A stretch of 43,352 nt of DNA from Promethearchaeota archaeon (GTDB lineage Archaea; Asgardarchaeota; Lokiarchaeia; Sigyniarchaeales; SOKP01), in NCBI GenBank assembly GCA_048940445.1, contig JBHLON010000029.1, positions 1-43,352 on the forward strand, written 5' to 3'. Below are positions 9,138-20,485 of this stretch, one piece after another. The translations under genes and the position numbers were made by a program. Position 1 is the stretch's first letter; each line of letters opens with the position of its first letter. The notes below the pieces were generated by a model that saw nothing but the letters and a program-made list of their open reading frames with translations, made no database searches and was not told the DNA's origin.

Positions 9138-10349
9138 TTAACTTATTACTTCTGATATTTTTTTCCCTTTCCCGAAAATTAAATCTACTTTTTTTAATAG
9201 TTCAGGAATATCAATCTGCTGAGGACATTTTTCAAGGCATTCCCCACATTGAATACATACGCTTGCATTCCCAGTATTTTCTTCTTCTATTTCATCTGCA
9301 TTATGCAAAATTCTGTTATAAAACCCAAGATATCTTCCTCTTTCGTTTTCTCCAAACCAGATAAAATCATTAAGAATCCGAAAGTTAAATGGAATATTAA
9401 CAGAATTAGGACATGGAAGGCAATACTCACAATTTGTACAGGGAATCGTTATATATTGTTTAAAAGTCGCTCTCAAATTAGAAATGATATTCAATTCATC
9501 TTCTGTAAGTGTATTAATTCCTGAATTATCAGCACTTTCGAGATTTTCAGTTACCATATATTCAGCACTCATACCACTTAAAACAACTGATACCTCTGGT
9601 TGATTCCATAGAAATTGAAGTGCCCAATCGGCTAATTTTCTTTTAGGTTCAGCCTTGTTAAGGACATCTTCGACTTTAGGGAATAATTTAACAAGCTTTC
9701 CTCCTTGCAGGGGTTCCATTATTATAACTGCTATCCCTTTGTCAGCAGCATATTTTAAACCTTTTGTCCCTGCTTGGAACTTAATATCCATATAGTTGTA
9801 TTGAATTTGAACGGCATCCCAATGGTAAAAATCTATGATCTTTTTAAACACTTCGAAATTATCATGAAATGAGAAGCCAATATGTTTAATCAGACCTTTT
9901 TCCCTAACATCCTCCATTTTACTTATTAAATCCTTCTCTTTAATAAGTTCGAAACGACTTTTATTTAAACCATGGAACAGATAAACGTCTAAATAGCTTG
10001 TTTGTAATTTCCTAAGTTGTTTATGAAGAAATACATCAAAATCATCCGTGTTCTCAATCAACCAAGTTGGTACTTTAGTCACTAATTTTACTTTTTCTCT
10101 ATATCCGTCCTTTAAGGCTTTTCCTACAACTATCTCACTTTCACCTTCATGATATGGCCATGCTGTATCAATATAATTAATCCCATTATCAATTCCATAA
10201 CGAATAATCTTAATCGATTCATGCTCATTAATTTTTGTTTTTATCTGATTTGACTCTTCATCCTTAATCTTCTCAGTGGGTAAACGCATACAACCAAACC
10301 CTAATGCTGATACCTGCCAATCAAATGATCCCATTCTTCGATATTTCAT
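9138..10349 (-). CDS. aldo/keto reductase with C-terminal 4Fe-4S dicluster domain
   Basis: VSALGFGCMRLP, GINYIDTAWPYH, IGFSFH, QIQYNYMD, MEPLQGG; CTNCEYCLPCP and CIQCGECLEKCPQ. Confidence 0.92.
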   Translation of the reverse strand: MKYRRMGSFDWQVSALGFGCMRLPTEKIKDEESNQIKTKINEHESIKIIRYGIDNGINYIDTAWPYHEGESEIVVGKALKDGYREKVKLVTKVPTWLIENTDDFDVFLHKQLRKLQTSYLDVYLFHGLNKSRFELIKEKDLISKMEDVREKGLIKHIGFSFHDNFEVFKKIIDFYHWDAVQIQYNYMDIKFQAGTKGLKYAADKGIAVIIMEPLQGGKLVKLFPKVEDVLNKAEPKRKLADWALQFLWNQPEVSVVLSGMSAEYMVTENLESADNSGINTLTEDELNIISNLRATFKQYITIPCTNCEYCLPCPNSVNIPFNFRILNDFIWFGENERGRYLGFYNRILHNADEIEEENTGNASVCIQCGECLEKCPQQIDIPELLKKVDLIFGKGKKISEVIS

Positions 10350-10449
10350 AATCTAATTCACAATTTCAATTTTCTATAATGATTATTAATAATACTGTTC
10401 TCGATAACTTTTAAGGCTAATTTTTTACATAAAAAACATATCAAAATAA

Positions 10450-10580
10450 CCTTTCTGTTAGGTTATTACTCCAAATTCTCAATTTCCTTTATAAAGAAAC
10501 TAAATTCTCAATATCATCTCAAATTCCATCGAAAGCAATTTTTAAGAAGTTAGTTACTACTAAATTTAGATAAATATGAC
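10450..10580 (-). pseudogene. possible decayed LRR fragment
   Basis: Minus strand gives DDIENLVSL*RKLRIWSNNLT and a frameshifted YLN(L)SSN*L, both LRR-like. Confidence 0.35.
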
Positions 10581-10592
10581 TTACAAATTTTT

Positions 10593-11933
10593 TTAATATG
10601 AAAATTTTTTTATTGAGTTTATGAATTTTTTTAAACCAGCAGGAACTGCTTTTATTTTACTCTCACTCAAATGCAGTTCTTTTAAATTATGTAGAATTTG
10701 TATTGTAGAAGGAAGAGTTCTTATTTCATTAGTATATAGGTAAAGTTCTTCAAGATATTTCAAATTGCTTATGTTTTTGGGGATAATACTCAATATAGGA
10801 GAACGAGAATAGAGAAAAATTTTAACTACATGTCCATTCTCATCTAAAATGTAATAATTCGCTTCATGTAACAACATTTGCTTACTCTTCATAAGTCGAA
10901 GCAACTGTTCTGAGATTTTTATTAGTTTAAATCCAATAAGAATCTCAAATAATCCTAATGCAGATGCCTCTTGAGGTTCAACACCGGATCTTACGTATCT
11001 TTTTGATCGTTTCCCTTTTGCTAGTTCATATATAGAATCTGGTAATTCCTGAATATCGTTGTATAACAAATTTAGATTTTTAAGATTTACAAGTTGACCA
11101 ATCCCTTCTGGTAAGAAATTAAGTGAATTCTGTTTCAAATTTAAGTACCTTAATTTCTTTAGATAGAGAAGTGAAGGGGGTAAATTCTTTAACTTATTAC
11201 CGATCAAACTTAGATACTTTAACTTCTTTAAATACCGAATGTTTTTTGGTAGATTTTTTAAGTTACTATAATTCATAGTCAAATATTTCAATGATTTTAA
11301 TCTCCAAATTGATTCTGGAATGATATTCAATTTGAGATTCGTTAAATTTAGTGAAACTACCTGATTTTCTTTAGTTCCAATAAAGTGAGAACGGTGCCGT
11401 GGGGTATGAAAAATATTGTGGAATTCATAAGTATAATTCCCATTGATATTAATCTTTTCGCTCGGAAGGACTAGGTACAAATTAATGAAAAATTCTGCTT
11501 CTTGGATAGTAACCTTGAATATTTCTGAAAATCTCTTTAATAACATTTCATTTAAATTATTAATATTTTCATTCTGATATTTATTAAACAATTGTATAAT
11601 TGTTGCCATTACTAGATCTGAATTATTATTTTGTATAACCCACTTAATGACCTCTATTCCCTTTAATAAATAATTCTAAAAAATAACTTTTATCGATGCA
11701 GCCCTAATTATCGGATGTATGTCAGAGATTGCACAATTTTCGAGAAATTTAAAAATTTTCTCATTCTCCCCTAAGTTTCCTAATATCATAATACATTGTT
11801 CAGCAGTATATGGATCTATCTTTGAACTAGCACTTGAAATTAAAATGTCAATTAATGAATTCTTCTTTAAGGTTCCCTCGTTATACTCTTTTAAAAGTCT
11901 TTCGGGATTATTTTCTGAATTCACATTAATCAT
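10593..11933 (-). pseudogene. HEAT-like + leucine-rich-repeat protein interrupted by one in-frame TAG (11678-11676)
   Basis: ORFs 11676..11969 and 10593..11609 share a frame, and the gap reads through as ...IKVIF*NYLLKGIEVIKWVIQNNNSDLVMATI...; multiple LxxLxLxxNxLxxLP repeats. Confidence 0.8.
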
Positions 11934-12060
11934 ATAGAAGCTTATATATTTAAGTTTAACAATTTTCACTCAATTTAAAAAATCGACTTATAAGATAAAC
12001 CCTTTTCTTTATTATTAAGATATATAATAAAATTATAAGAAACCTTAAGATTTTTAATTT

Positions 12061-12080
12061 GAAATCGAAACCTTTATTAA
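12061..12080 (+). promoter_or_regulatory. BRE/TATA promoter of the chaperone operon
   Basis: GAAATCGAAACC followed by TTTATTAA (12073-12080) upstream of grpE. Confidence 0.55.
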
Positions 12081-12107
12081 TGTAAACTCATATATGTAAA
12101 GTAATGA

Positions 12108-12132
12108 TTGACAATAAATAGTTTATTGACAA
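12108..12132. promoter_or_regulatory. near-perfect inverted repeat, candidate heat-shock operator
   Basis: TTGACAATAAA-TAG-TTTATTGACAA (10/11 match) just downstream of the predicted TSS. Confidence 0.6.
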
Positions 12133-12167
12133 AAAAAAATTGAAAAAAAAATTTAGGACAAAAGATT

Positions 12168-12842
12168 ATGGTATTTGAAGATTTTTATGATGATTTTTTC
12201 AAAACTCGCAGGTCATTAGAGGACCCTTATAGCAAAATAACAATATCGAAATCTGAATATAAACAGTTAAGAGAATTATCTGAAAAATACGATATGCTCC
12301 TTAAAAAGTTTAAAGAAGTTGAAGCAAAAAATACTGAACTGCATAAAATGCTTGAAGAAATGAAAGATCATGGCAGAAAGCTGAAAGAACTAGAAGAAAA
12401 GACTGAAAGATATTTGAATTCATTAGTTAGAGTACAAGCAGATTTTGAAAATTATAAAAAATCAAACCAACGTGAAAATGAAAGATATATGTTACAAGCG
12501 AAGGAGAAAATTTTGAGAAAAATGGCTAAGCATCATGAAGATTTACAAAGAGCATTAAAGATTTTAAAGACACTACAAAATAATGAGCATATTATAAAAG
12601 GGTTCGAGATGATTGTAAAGAACTTTGAGAGAATTCTTGCAGAAGAGGGTGTAAGATCGATGAATTGTGAAGGAGATAAATTTGATCCTTACAAACATGA
12701 AGCTCTTATGGTTGAAGAGCGTGAAGATCTTCCTGAAAATACGATAATTGAAGAGATTGATAAAGGTTATTATTTAAATAACGTAGTATTGAAACCCGCA
12801 GGGGTTAAAATATCTAAATTAAAATCTAATATAAAAAATTAA
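12168..12842 (+). CDS. grpE: nucleotide exchange factor GrpE
   Basis: RVQADFENYKK, FDPYKHEAL, KGYYLNNVVLKPAGVKI; lies upstream of dnaK. Confidence 0.93.
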   Translation: MVFEDFYDDFFKTRRSLEDPYSKITISKSEYKQLRELSEKYDMLLKKFKEVEAKNTELHKMLEEMKDHGRKLKELEEKTERYLNSLVRVQADFENYKKSNQRENERYMLQAKEKILRKMAKHHEDLQRALKILKTLQNNEHIIKGFEMIVKNFERILAEEGVRSMNCEGDKFDPYKHEALMVEEREDLPENTIIEEIDKGYYLNNVVLKPAGVKISKLKSNIKN

Positions 12843-12870
12843 ATAAAAAAATAGAAAGAGCGTGAAATTT

Positions 12871-14781
12871 ATGGGAAAAATAATTGGTATCGATTTAGGA
12901 ACTTCAAATTCAGCTGCTGCTGTATTGATAGCTGGAAAGCCTACAATAATTCCAAGTGCCGAAGGTAACACATTGGGTGGAAAAGCTTTTCCATCAGTGG
13001 TAGCATTTACGAAAGATGGACAGAGATTAGTTGGTGAACCAGCGCGAAGACAAGCCATATCAAATCCTGATAGAACGATTACTGCAATTAAGCGAAAAAT
13101 GGGGACATCCTATAAAGTTACGATTGATAATAAGGATTATACTCCACAAGAAATATCGGCAATGATCTTACGAAAGATCAAAGAAGATGCAAGTGCCTAT
13201 TTGGGTGAAGAAGTAACTGATGCAATAATAACTGTACCAGCCTATTTTAATGATAATCAAAGACAAGCTACCAAAGATGCGGGAAAGATCGCGGGATTAA
13301 ACGTCCGACGTTTAATTAACGAACCAACTGCCGCAGCGGTAGCTTATGGGTTAGACAAGAAAGATGCTCGCTTGAAGATTGCAGTTTTAGATCTTGGTGG
13401 AGGTACCTTTGATGTTACTATAATGGAGATGGACAATCAAGTGTTCGAAGTTATTTCAACTGCTGGAGACACTCAACTTGGTGGTACTGATATGGATCGA
13501 ATTTTGGTTGATTATATTGTCGATGATTTTAAAGCGAAAGAAGGAGTTGATTTAACAAAAGATTCTATGGCATTACAGAGAGTCAGAGAAGCTGCAGAGC
13601 AAGCAAAAATTGAATTATCAACATCAATTACAACTGATATAAACTTACCATATATTACAGCTACTGATACTGGTCCGAAACATCTTAATTTAACAATTAC
13701 AAGAGCAAAGTTAGAACAGTTAATTGATCCAGTTTTAAAAAGGTTAGAGGCTCCAATTATTAAAGCCTTAAATGATGCAGATATAAAGAAAGGAGAAGTC
13801 GATAAAGTTATCTTAGTAGGCGGTCCTACGAGAATGCCTAGTGTTCAAGAGAAGTTTGAAAATTACTTGGGGATTAAACCAGAAAGAAGTATTGATCCTA
13901 TGGAATGTGTCGCAATGGGTGCTGCAATACAAGGTGGAGTTTTAACTGGTGAAGTTGAAGATTTACTATTATTAGATGTAACTCCTTTGTCATTAGGCGT
14001 TGAAACTTTAGGGGGCGTTTTTACTAAGCTTATTGATAGAAATACAACAATTCCGACTCGAAAAGCTGAGATCTTTAGTACTGCAGCCGACAATCAACCT
14101 GCTGTTGAAATTCACGTATTACAAGGAGAAAGACCCAGAGCTGCTGATAATATCACTTTAGGTAAATTTCATTTGACTGGGATTCCCCCTGCGCCAAGAG
14201 GGATACCACAAATTGAAGTTACTTTTGATATAGATCAAAACGGTATTTTAAATGTTTCAGCCAAAGATAAGGGAACTGGGAAAAGTCAGAGTATAACGAT
14301 TACGGCCTCGACTAAAATGTCTGAAGATGAGATTGAACAAAAGGTGAGAGAAGCTGAACGACATGCTGAAGAAGATAAAAAGTTCAAGGAATTAACCGAA
14401 GCGAAAAATCAAGCAGAAGCACTTATATATCAAACGGAAAAATTATTAGATGAAAATAAAGATGTAATTGGTGATCTAAAGACGAAAATTCTAGGAAAAA
14501 TATCTGATTTAAGAAGTGCTATGGAGTCTGATGATGTTACAAGAATTAAGAAGTCAATAGAAGCCTTACAAAAATCATTACATGAGATCTCATCGCGTAT
14601 ATACGGTCAACAACAAGGTCCACAACAAGGTGCTTATCAAGGTACTCCTCCTGGAGGAATGGGAGGTGCAAATCAAGCTTCTAATTATGGAAACCATGGA
14701 AAATCTCAAGACGAAATTGAGGAAGAGCAATTCAGAAGAGCTACTGGTCAAGATGATGTAGTAGATGCAGATTATGAATAG
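12871..14781 (+). CDS. dnaK: molecular chaperone DnaK (Hsp70)
   Basis: [54 protein letters not shown]; lacks the diderm-type N-terminal insert. Confidence 0.98.
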   Translation: MGKIIGIDLGTSNSAAAVLIAGKPTIIPSAEGNTLGGKAFPSVVAFTKDGQRLVGEPARRQAISNPDRTITAIKRKMGTSYKVTIDNKDYTPQEISAMILRKIKEDASAYLGEEVTDAIITVPAYFNDNQRQATKDAGKIAGLNVRRLINEPTAAAVAYGLDKKDARLKIAVLDLGGGTFDVTIMEMDNQVFEVISTAGDTQLGGTDMDRILVDYIVDDFKAKEGVDLTKDSMALQRVREAAEQAKIELSTSITTDINLPYITATDTGPKHLNLTITRAKLEQLIDPVLKRLEAPIIKALNDADIKKGEVDKVILVGGPTRMPSVQEKFENYLGIKPERSIDPMECVAMGAAIQGGVLTGEVEDLLLLDVTPLSLGVETLGGVFTKLIDRNTTIPTRKAEIFSTAADNQPAVEIHVLQGERPRAADNITLGKFHLTGIPPAPRGIPQIEVTFDIDQNGILNVSAKDKGTGKSQSITITASTKMSEDEIEQKVREAERHAEEDKKFKELTEAKNQAEALIYQTEKLLDENKDVIGDLKTKILGKISDLRSAMESDDVTRIKKSIEALQKSLHEISSRIYGQQQGPQQGAYQGTPPGGMGGANQASNYGNHGKSQDEIEEEQFRRATGQDDVVDADYE

Positions 14782-14812
14782 TTCCTTTTTTTTTAATTTT
14801 TTTTTAATTTTT
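14782..14812 (+). terminator. oligo-T tract (archaeal intrinsic terminator/attenuator) between dnaK and dnaJ
   Basis: Three consecutive T runs directly after the dnaK stop. Confidence 0.5.
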
Positions 14813-14859
14813 AATTCAAAATTGTAATGTTAATTATTATAAATATAGGGGTTTGAAAG

Positions 14860-15864
14860 ATGGGTAAAGATTATTATAAAATTTTAGGAGTACCTAAAAC
14901 AGCCACAAAAGAAGAAATAAAGAGAGCTTTTAGGAAGATGGCTCGTAAGTATCACCCAGATGTAAATCCAGATGAACCTAAATCTGGTGAGAAATTCAAA
15001 GAAGTAAATGAAGCTTATGGTATTTTAAGTGATGATAAAAAAAGGGAAATGTATGATAGGTTTGGAGTGGTAGAAGGAGATCCGTCTTCTTACCAACAAT
15101 GGACTGAAGGATTTCCAAGAGGGGGAAGCGTCCATACAAGCCCTGATGGGAGAACAACTTACTACTATTCAACGTCAAGTAACCCTGGAGGTTTCGATTT
15201 TAATGAAATCTTTGGAAATAAAAGATCTTCTAGAGGAGGATTTGATTTTTTTAATGACTTAGGTGATATTTTTGATGTTTTTTCAAGAGGAGGCACTGGT
15301 AGTACAAGAGCTCGTTCACAATCATATAATTATCCAAGAGAAGGAGATGATTTACGATATGACATGGAGATTAACTTTATGGATGCTTTTCATGGTGGAA
15401 AAATGAAAATTCAGTATAAGGATCCAATATCTGGTGAAATAAGAAATCTTACAGTTAATGTCCCTAAAGGCATTAAAGATGACCAAAAATTAAGATTAAA
15501 AGGAAAAGGGATGCCTGGAGAAAATGGTGGTTCTGCTGGTGATCTCTATATTGCCGTACATATAAAGCCTCATTCCATTTTTGAGAGAAGGGAAGATGAC
15601 CTCTATGTGGAACAAGAAATACCTTTTTCAGTTGCTGCGTTAGGAGGAAAAATTACTGTTCCAAGTATTAACAACACTTTAACTGTAACAGTTCCACCAG
15701 GAACTACTGATGGATCTACTTTAAGGTTAAAAAATCAAGGATTTTCCATAATAAATTCAGAGGAACGAGGTAATTTGTTAGTTAAAATAAAAATTAAGAT
15801 TCCAGAAAAAGTAAATAAGACCCAAAAACAATTAATTGAAAAATTACAAGCAGTAGGATTATAG
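14860..15864 (+). CDS. dnaJ: class B J-domain protein (DnaJ without zinc finger)
   Basis: DYYKILGV...YHPDVN J domain, G/F-rich linker, C-terminal domains (GDLYIAV); no CxxCxGxG repeats. Confidence 0.93.
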   Translation: MGKDYYKILGVPKTATKEEIKRAFRKMARKYHPDVNPDEPKSGEKFKEVNEAYGILSDDKKREMYDRFGVVEGDPSSYQQWTEGFPRGGSVHTSPDGRTTYYYSTSSNPGGFDFNEIFGNKRSSRGGFDFFNDLGDIFDVFSRGGTGSTRARSQSYNYPREGDDLRYDMEINFMDAFHGGKMKIQYKDPISGEIRNLTVNVPKGIKDDQKLRLKGKGMPGENGGSAGDLYIAVHIKPHSIFERREDDLYVEQEIPFSVAALGGKITVPSINNTLTVTVPPGTTDGSTLRLKNQGFSIINSEERGNLLVKIKIKIPEKVNKTQKQLIEKLQAVGL

Positions 15865-15883
15865 ATAGGTGATATTCAAAAAA

Positions 15884-18496
15884 ATGATGAAATTTGATAA
15901 ATTTACGATAAAGGTTCAGGAGGCTCTTATGACTGCAAGATCATTAGCTCAAACTAATGATAATCAACAAATTGAGCCAGTTCATTTATTAATCTCACTA
16001 TTAGAACAACCAGATGGGATCACTAATCCTTTATTTAATAAATTAGGAATTAATATTCCGCAATTATTGCACGATTTAAATACGCAACTAGAAAAAATAC
16101 CTAAAGTTACAGGAACAGGTGCGACTGATGTTGTTATATCAACTATTTTAGGAAAGATTTTTGATAGTGCATGGAAAGAAGCTGAATCATTAAAGGATCA
16201 ATATTTAAGTACGGAACATATTATTTTAGCTTTATGTAAAGAGCAATCTTCATCAATTTATCCTATTCTTAAGAAGAACGGGATTACACATGATCGAATT
16301 CTACAGGCATTGACATCTATAAGAGGTAGTCAAACTGTTACGGATCAAGATCCAGAAGGAAAATATCAAGCAATTGAAAAATATAGCAGAAATCTTACGG
16401 ATTTAGCAAGGAGGAATAAAATTGATCCCGTTATTGGTCGTGACGATGAAATAAGGAGAGTTATGCATATTCTTTCAAGAAGAACAAAAAATAATCCAGT
16501 CTTGATAGGAGAAGCTGGAGTGGGAAAGACTGCAATTGTTGAAGGATTAGCTCAACGTATAGCAAATAATGATGTTCCAGAATCATTAAAAAATAAAGAT
16601 ATAATTGCAATGGATTTAGCTGCAATGGTTGCTGGTGCTAAATATCGTGGAGAGTTTGAAGATCGATTAAAGGCTTTTCTTAAAGAAGTTGAAAAAGGAG
16701 CTGGTAAATATGTGTTATTTATTGATGAATTACACACTTTAGTTGGAGCAGGCGCAGCTCAAGGAGCAATTGATGCTTCTAATATGTTAAAACCTGCATT
16801 AGCTAGAGGGGAATTAAGAGCAATTGGAGCAACAACTATTGATGAATACAGAAAGTATATAGAGAAGGATGCTGCATTAACACGTAGATTCCAAACCGTA
16901 TTTGTAGATGAGCCATCAGTAGAAGACTCAATAGCAATTCTAAGAGGATTAAAAGAAAAGTATGAAATTCATCACGGTGTTAGAATAACGGATTCAGCAA
17001 TTATAGCTGCTGTGACATTATCACATAGATATATAGCCGATCGTTTTTTACCAGATAAAGCTATTGATCTAATGGATGAAGCTGCTTCAAGATTAAGAAT
17101 TGAGATCGATAGTATGCCAACTGAAATCGATGAAATTGAAAGAAAAATCATTCAATTGGAAATCCAGAAAGAAGCTTTAAAAAAAGAAAGCGATAAGTCA
17201 GTTAAAGAAAAGATGAAAAGATTAGATGAAGAACTGCATAATCTTCAAGAAGAAAGTGACCACCTAAAATTACAATGGAATAATGAGAAAAATATAATTT
17301 CAAAAATTACCGAAATAAAAAAAAAAATAGAAGAAACTAAAATTGAAGCTGAAAGAGCAGAAAAAAGAGGAGATCTAGGAAAAGCTGCTGAATTAACCTA
17401 TGGTGTTTTGAATCAACTTAAAAAAGATTTAGAGAAATATAATGATGAATTAAGCGAAATTCAAAAAAATAAAACAATGTTAAAGCAAGAGGTAGATGAA
17501 GAAGATATCGCAAAAATAGTATCACAGTGGACAGGGATTCCTGTTTCAAGAATGTTAGAAGGAGAACGTGAAAAACTATTGAAAATGGAAGATAGGTTAA
17601 AGAAACGTGTAATAGGCCAAGATGAAGCTCTGCAGATAATTTCAAATGCTATAAGAAGAGCGAGAGCAGGTATACAAGATCCAAATCGACCAATAGGAAC
17701 TTTTATCTTCATGGGTCCTACTGGTGTAGGAAAAACTGAAACGGCAAAAGCATTAGCGGAATTTCTTTTTGATGATGAAAACGCCATGATAAGAATTGAT
17801 ATGTCAGAATTTATGGAAAAACATAGCGTTGCAAGATTAATTGGAGCTCCACCTGGTTATGTAGGATATGACGAGGGTGGATATTTAACTGAAGCGATAA
17901 GAAGAAGACCGTATTCTGTAATTCTATTTGACGAAATTGAGAAAGCTCATCAAGATGTATTTAACATTTTACTCCAGATTATGGATGATGGGAGATTGAC
18001 TGATGGTCATGGAAGGACTGTCGATTTCAAAAATACCATTATAATAATGACAAGTAATATCGGAAGTCAATATATACTCGAATCTAGGAAAGATAACAAA
18101 CAAGAGAATAAAGAATTGATTTTGAATACCCTCAAGAATTACTTTAGACCTGAATTTTTAAATCGTGTGGATGAAATTGTCTTGTTTAACTTTTTAGAAG
18201 AAGAACAGATTAAACAGATCATTGATATACAAATAGATAATTTGAATAAAGTCCTTTCTGAACACAAAATACAGATTGAGTTAACAGATGCTGTAAAAGA
18301 CTTGCTAGCTAAAAAAGGTTTTGACCCAGATTATGGAGCAAGACCCCTTAAAAGAGCTATCCAAAATTATATACAAAACCCTTTATCCCTCAAAATTTTA
18401 GAAGGAGATATCAATGATGAGGATTTAATTAAAGTTGATTTGAATAAACATGACGCTTTAATATTTGAAAAAGTAGGAAAAATTCAGAGGGGTTAA
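15884..18496 (+). CDS. clpB: ATP-dependent disaggregase ClpB
   Basis: Clp-N domain, [14 protein letters not shown], coiled-coil M domain, [30 protein letters not shown]; AGGTGA SD. Confidence 0.97.
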   Translation: MMKFDKFTIKVQEALMTARSLAQTNDNQQIEPVHLLISLLEQPDGITNPLFNKLGINIPQLLHDLNTQLEKIPKVTGTGATDVVISTILGKIFDSAWKEAESLKDQYLSTEHIILALCKEQSSSIYPILKKNGITHDRILQALTSIRGSQTVTDQDPEGKYQAIEKYSRNLTDLARRNKIDPVIGRDDEIRRVMHILSRRTKNNPVLIGEAGVGKTAIVEGLAQRIANNDVPESLKNKDIIAMDLAAMVAGAKYRGEFEDRLKAFLKEVEKGAGKYVLFIDELHTLVGAGAAQGAIDASNMLKPALARGELRAIGATTIDEYRKYIEKDAALTRRFQTVFVDEPSVEDSIAILRGLKEKYEIHHGVRITDSAIIAAVTLSHRYIADRFLPDKAIDLMDEAASRLRIEIDSMPTEIDEIERKIIQLEIQKEALKKESDKSVKEKMKRLDEELHNLQEESDHLKLQWNNEKNIISKITEIKKKIEETKIEAERAEKRGDLGKAAELTYGVLNQLKKDLEKYNDELSEIQKNKTMLKQEVDEEDIAKIVSQWTGIPVSRMLEGEREKLLKMEDRLKKRVIGQDEALQIISNAIRRARAGIQDPNRPIGTFIFMGPTGVGKTETAKALAEFLFDDENAMIRIDMSEFMEKHSVARLIGAPPGYVGYDEGGYLTEAIRRRPYSVILFDEIEKAHQDVFNILLQIMDDGRLTDGHGRTVDFKNTIIIMTSNIGSQYILESRKDNKQENKELILNTLKNYFRPEFLNRVDEIVLFNFLEEEQIKQIIDIQIDNLNKVLSEHKIQIELTDAVKDLLAKKGFDPDYGARPLKRAIQNYIQNPLSLKILEGDINDEDLIKVDLNKHDALIFEKVGKIQRG

Positions 18497-18563
18497 TTGT
18501 TAAAAATTCAATTTTTTTATGTTTTAATACTTATTTTTATAAGATATTTAAAGTGATGTAAAA

Positions 18564-19451
18564 ATGAATGTTGTTTATGCAAAAAAAATTGTTAATATCT
18601 GTCCCGAATGTAACGGTACTATTATTTCAATTCAAGAAACCGGTGATATTGTGTGCAATCAATGTGGGTTAGTAATTCAAGAAAAAAGTGTCGATTTTTC
18701 TCATAGTGGGAGAAGAGCTTATAGCACTGAAGAAAAATCTCAAAGAGAAAGAACTGGTACACCTATTTCTGGATTAGTACCAGATATAGGATTAACGACT
18801 ACCATTGATAGAAAGAAAATCAGTAATCCTGATTTAAAAAGAGCAACCAAATGGGATACCAGAATGACATGGGAAAAACGCAATATGTTAATTGCAACCA
18901 CAGAATTAAAAAGAATAGCAAACAACTTAAATTTACCTAGCCACGTAAAGGAAGAAGCAATGAAACTTTATAAAGAGGTGTTTAAGCGTAAATTACTCCG
19001 TGGAAGATCTATAAATTCCATGATTGCTGCTTGTCTATATTATTCTGTAAGAAAATATAGAGTCACTAGAACACTTCACGAAATACTAAAAGAAACAGCA
19101 GAAAAAGGGAAAGATGTTAGAAGATGTTATCGCGTTCTGATCCGGGAACTAAACTTAAAGGCCCCAAACACTAAACCAATAAATCTTATCCCTCGATATG
19201 TTACAGAATTGGGATTATCTTCAGAAATTGAAACTCTAGCTTCAAAAATAGTTAAATTATTTACTTCAAATTTTGCCATTAGCGGAAAAGATCCAAAAGG
19301 TATTGTAGGTGGAGCAATTTATATTAGCTGTAAATTGAAAGGGCTATCTTTTACCCAAAAACAAATAGCTGATTTAGTAGGTATTACTGAAGTAACACTA
19401 CGTTCAAGATATAAAGAAATCACTCAAAAACTAAAAATAAAATTTGATTAG
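18564..19451 (+). CDS. tfb: transcription initiation factor IIB paralog
   Basis: CPEC...CNQCG zinc ribbon, ERTG, LLRGRS, GKDPKG, TQKQIADLVGITEVTLRSRYKE. Confidence 0.95.
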   Translation: MNVVYAKKIVNICPECNGTIISIQETGDIVCNQCGLVIQEKSVDFSHSGRRAYSTEEKSQRERTGTPISGLVPDIGLTTTIDRKKISNPDLKRATKWDTRMTWEKRNMLIATTELKRIANNLNLPSHVKEEAMKLYKEVFKRKLLRGRSINSMIAACLYYSVRKYRVTRTLHEILKETAEKGKDVRRCYRVLIRELNLKAPNTKPINLIPRYVTELGLSSEIETLASKIVKLFTSNFAISGKDPKGIVGGAIYISCKLKGLSFTQKQIADLVGITEVTLRSRYKEITQKLKIKFD

Positions 19452-19474
19452 AAAAACTATTTTCTGGTCTTCAT

Positions 19475-20407
19475 TTAAAGATAGGATCTAAGCCGTGGGA
19501 AAAGTGATAATGCATTATTCTGTTCTATCATAAATCGACTTTCTTCATCAAAATCCTGATTATCAGCAATCAATTGGATCATTTCCTTCACTACTATCTC
19601 ATGGACAAATGGATAATCACTGCCAAAAAGGATATGAGAGATATCAACTAACTCCATAAGAGAGCGAAAAACACTTTTAGTAGCAGATAAAGCTGTGTCA
19701 TAATAAAGATTTCGGAAAAACTTCCTCAATTTCTTATTACCAAATGAAATTCTCCACACAATATAAGGAGCAGTTCCTCCAGCGTGAGCAAAAATGAATT
19801 TAATATTTTGATATTTTTTAAAGATGTCATTATATAAGAGATTAGCAATTGCCCTAGTTGTATCAAATACAAATTCTAAAGTAGAAGCCGGAAAACTTAA
19901 ATTAGGGAGTTTTTCGTCAGGAGGAGAATTAGGGTGGATAAAAACTACTGAGTTTCGTTTATTCAGTTCTGCAAAGAGATCGTTATATTCGGGGTCGCCA
20001 ACATATTTACCATTAATGTTTGTAAGCATTCCTACCCCATCTAATTTTAATTTATCTAATGCATATTCTAATTCTTGTAGCGATGCTTCATAGTCAGGAA
20101 TAGGTAAGACAGCAAATCCTCCAAAACGTTTTGGGTGCTTCCTTATTAAATCTGCCAAATAATTATTGCACAGCCGAGCTAAGTTCTTAGTGAAATCGAT
20201 ATCACCGAAAAAGATTCCTGGAGTAGATATTGAGGTTAGTGCTATTGCTATATTTTGGCGATCCATTAATTCGAGACTTTGTTCTGGATTCCAATTAGGG
20301 AAACTTGAACTACTAACTTTTGTGATATTAAATCTGGCAAGTGATGATAAATAGATAGGAGGAACAATATGATGGTGAATATCAATTCGATAAATTTCTT
20401 TTTTCAT
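19475..20407 (-). CDS. amidohydrolase_2 family protein (ACMSD/aromatic-acid decarboxylase-like)
   Basis: IDIHHH, VFIHP, FDTTRA, AHAGG, YYDTA, LFGSDYPF. Confidence 0.88.
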   Translation of the reverse strand: MKKEIYRIDIHHHIVPPIYLSSLARFNITKVSSSSFPNWNPEQSLELMDRQNIAIALTSISTPGIFFGDIDFTKNLARLCNNYLADLIRKHPKRFGGFAVLPIPDYEASLQELEYALDKLKLDGVGMLTNINGKYVGDPEYNDLFAELNKRNSVVFIHPNSPPDEKLPNLSFPASTLEFVFDTTRAIANLLYNDIFKKYQNIKFIFAHAGGTAPYIVWRISFGNKKLRKFFRNLYYDTALSATKSVFRSLMELVDISHILFGSDYPFVHEIVVKEMIQLIADNQDFDEESRFMIEQNNALSLFPRLRSYL

Positions 20408-20485
20408 TATAAAAACATATTTAACTCTTCAACTTTTAAGCTTTTTTATACATACATAAGATGACTATCTTTAATCGTATAAAAA

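Noticed and set aside
11676-11678. Genome-wide TAG reassignment
   Set aside because: Several intact conserved genes in the window end at TAG at their expected C-termini
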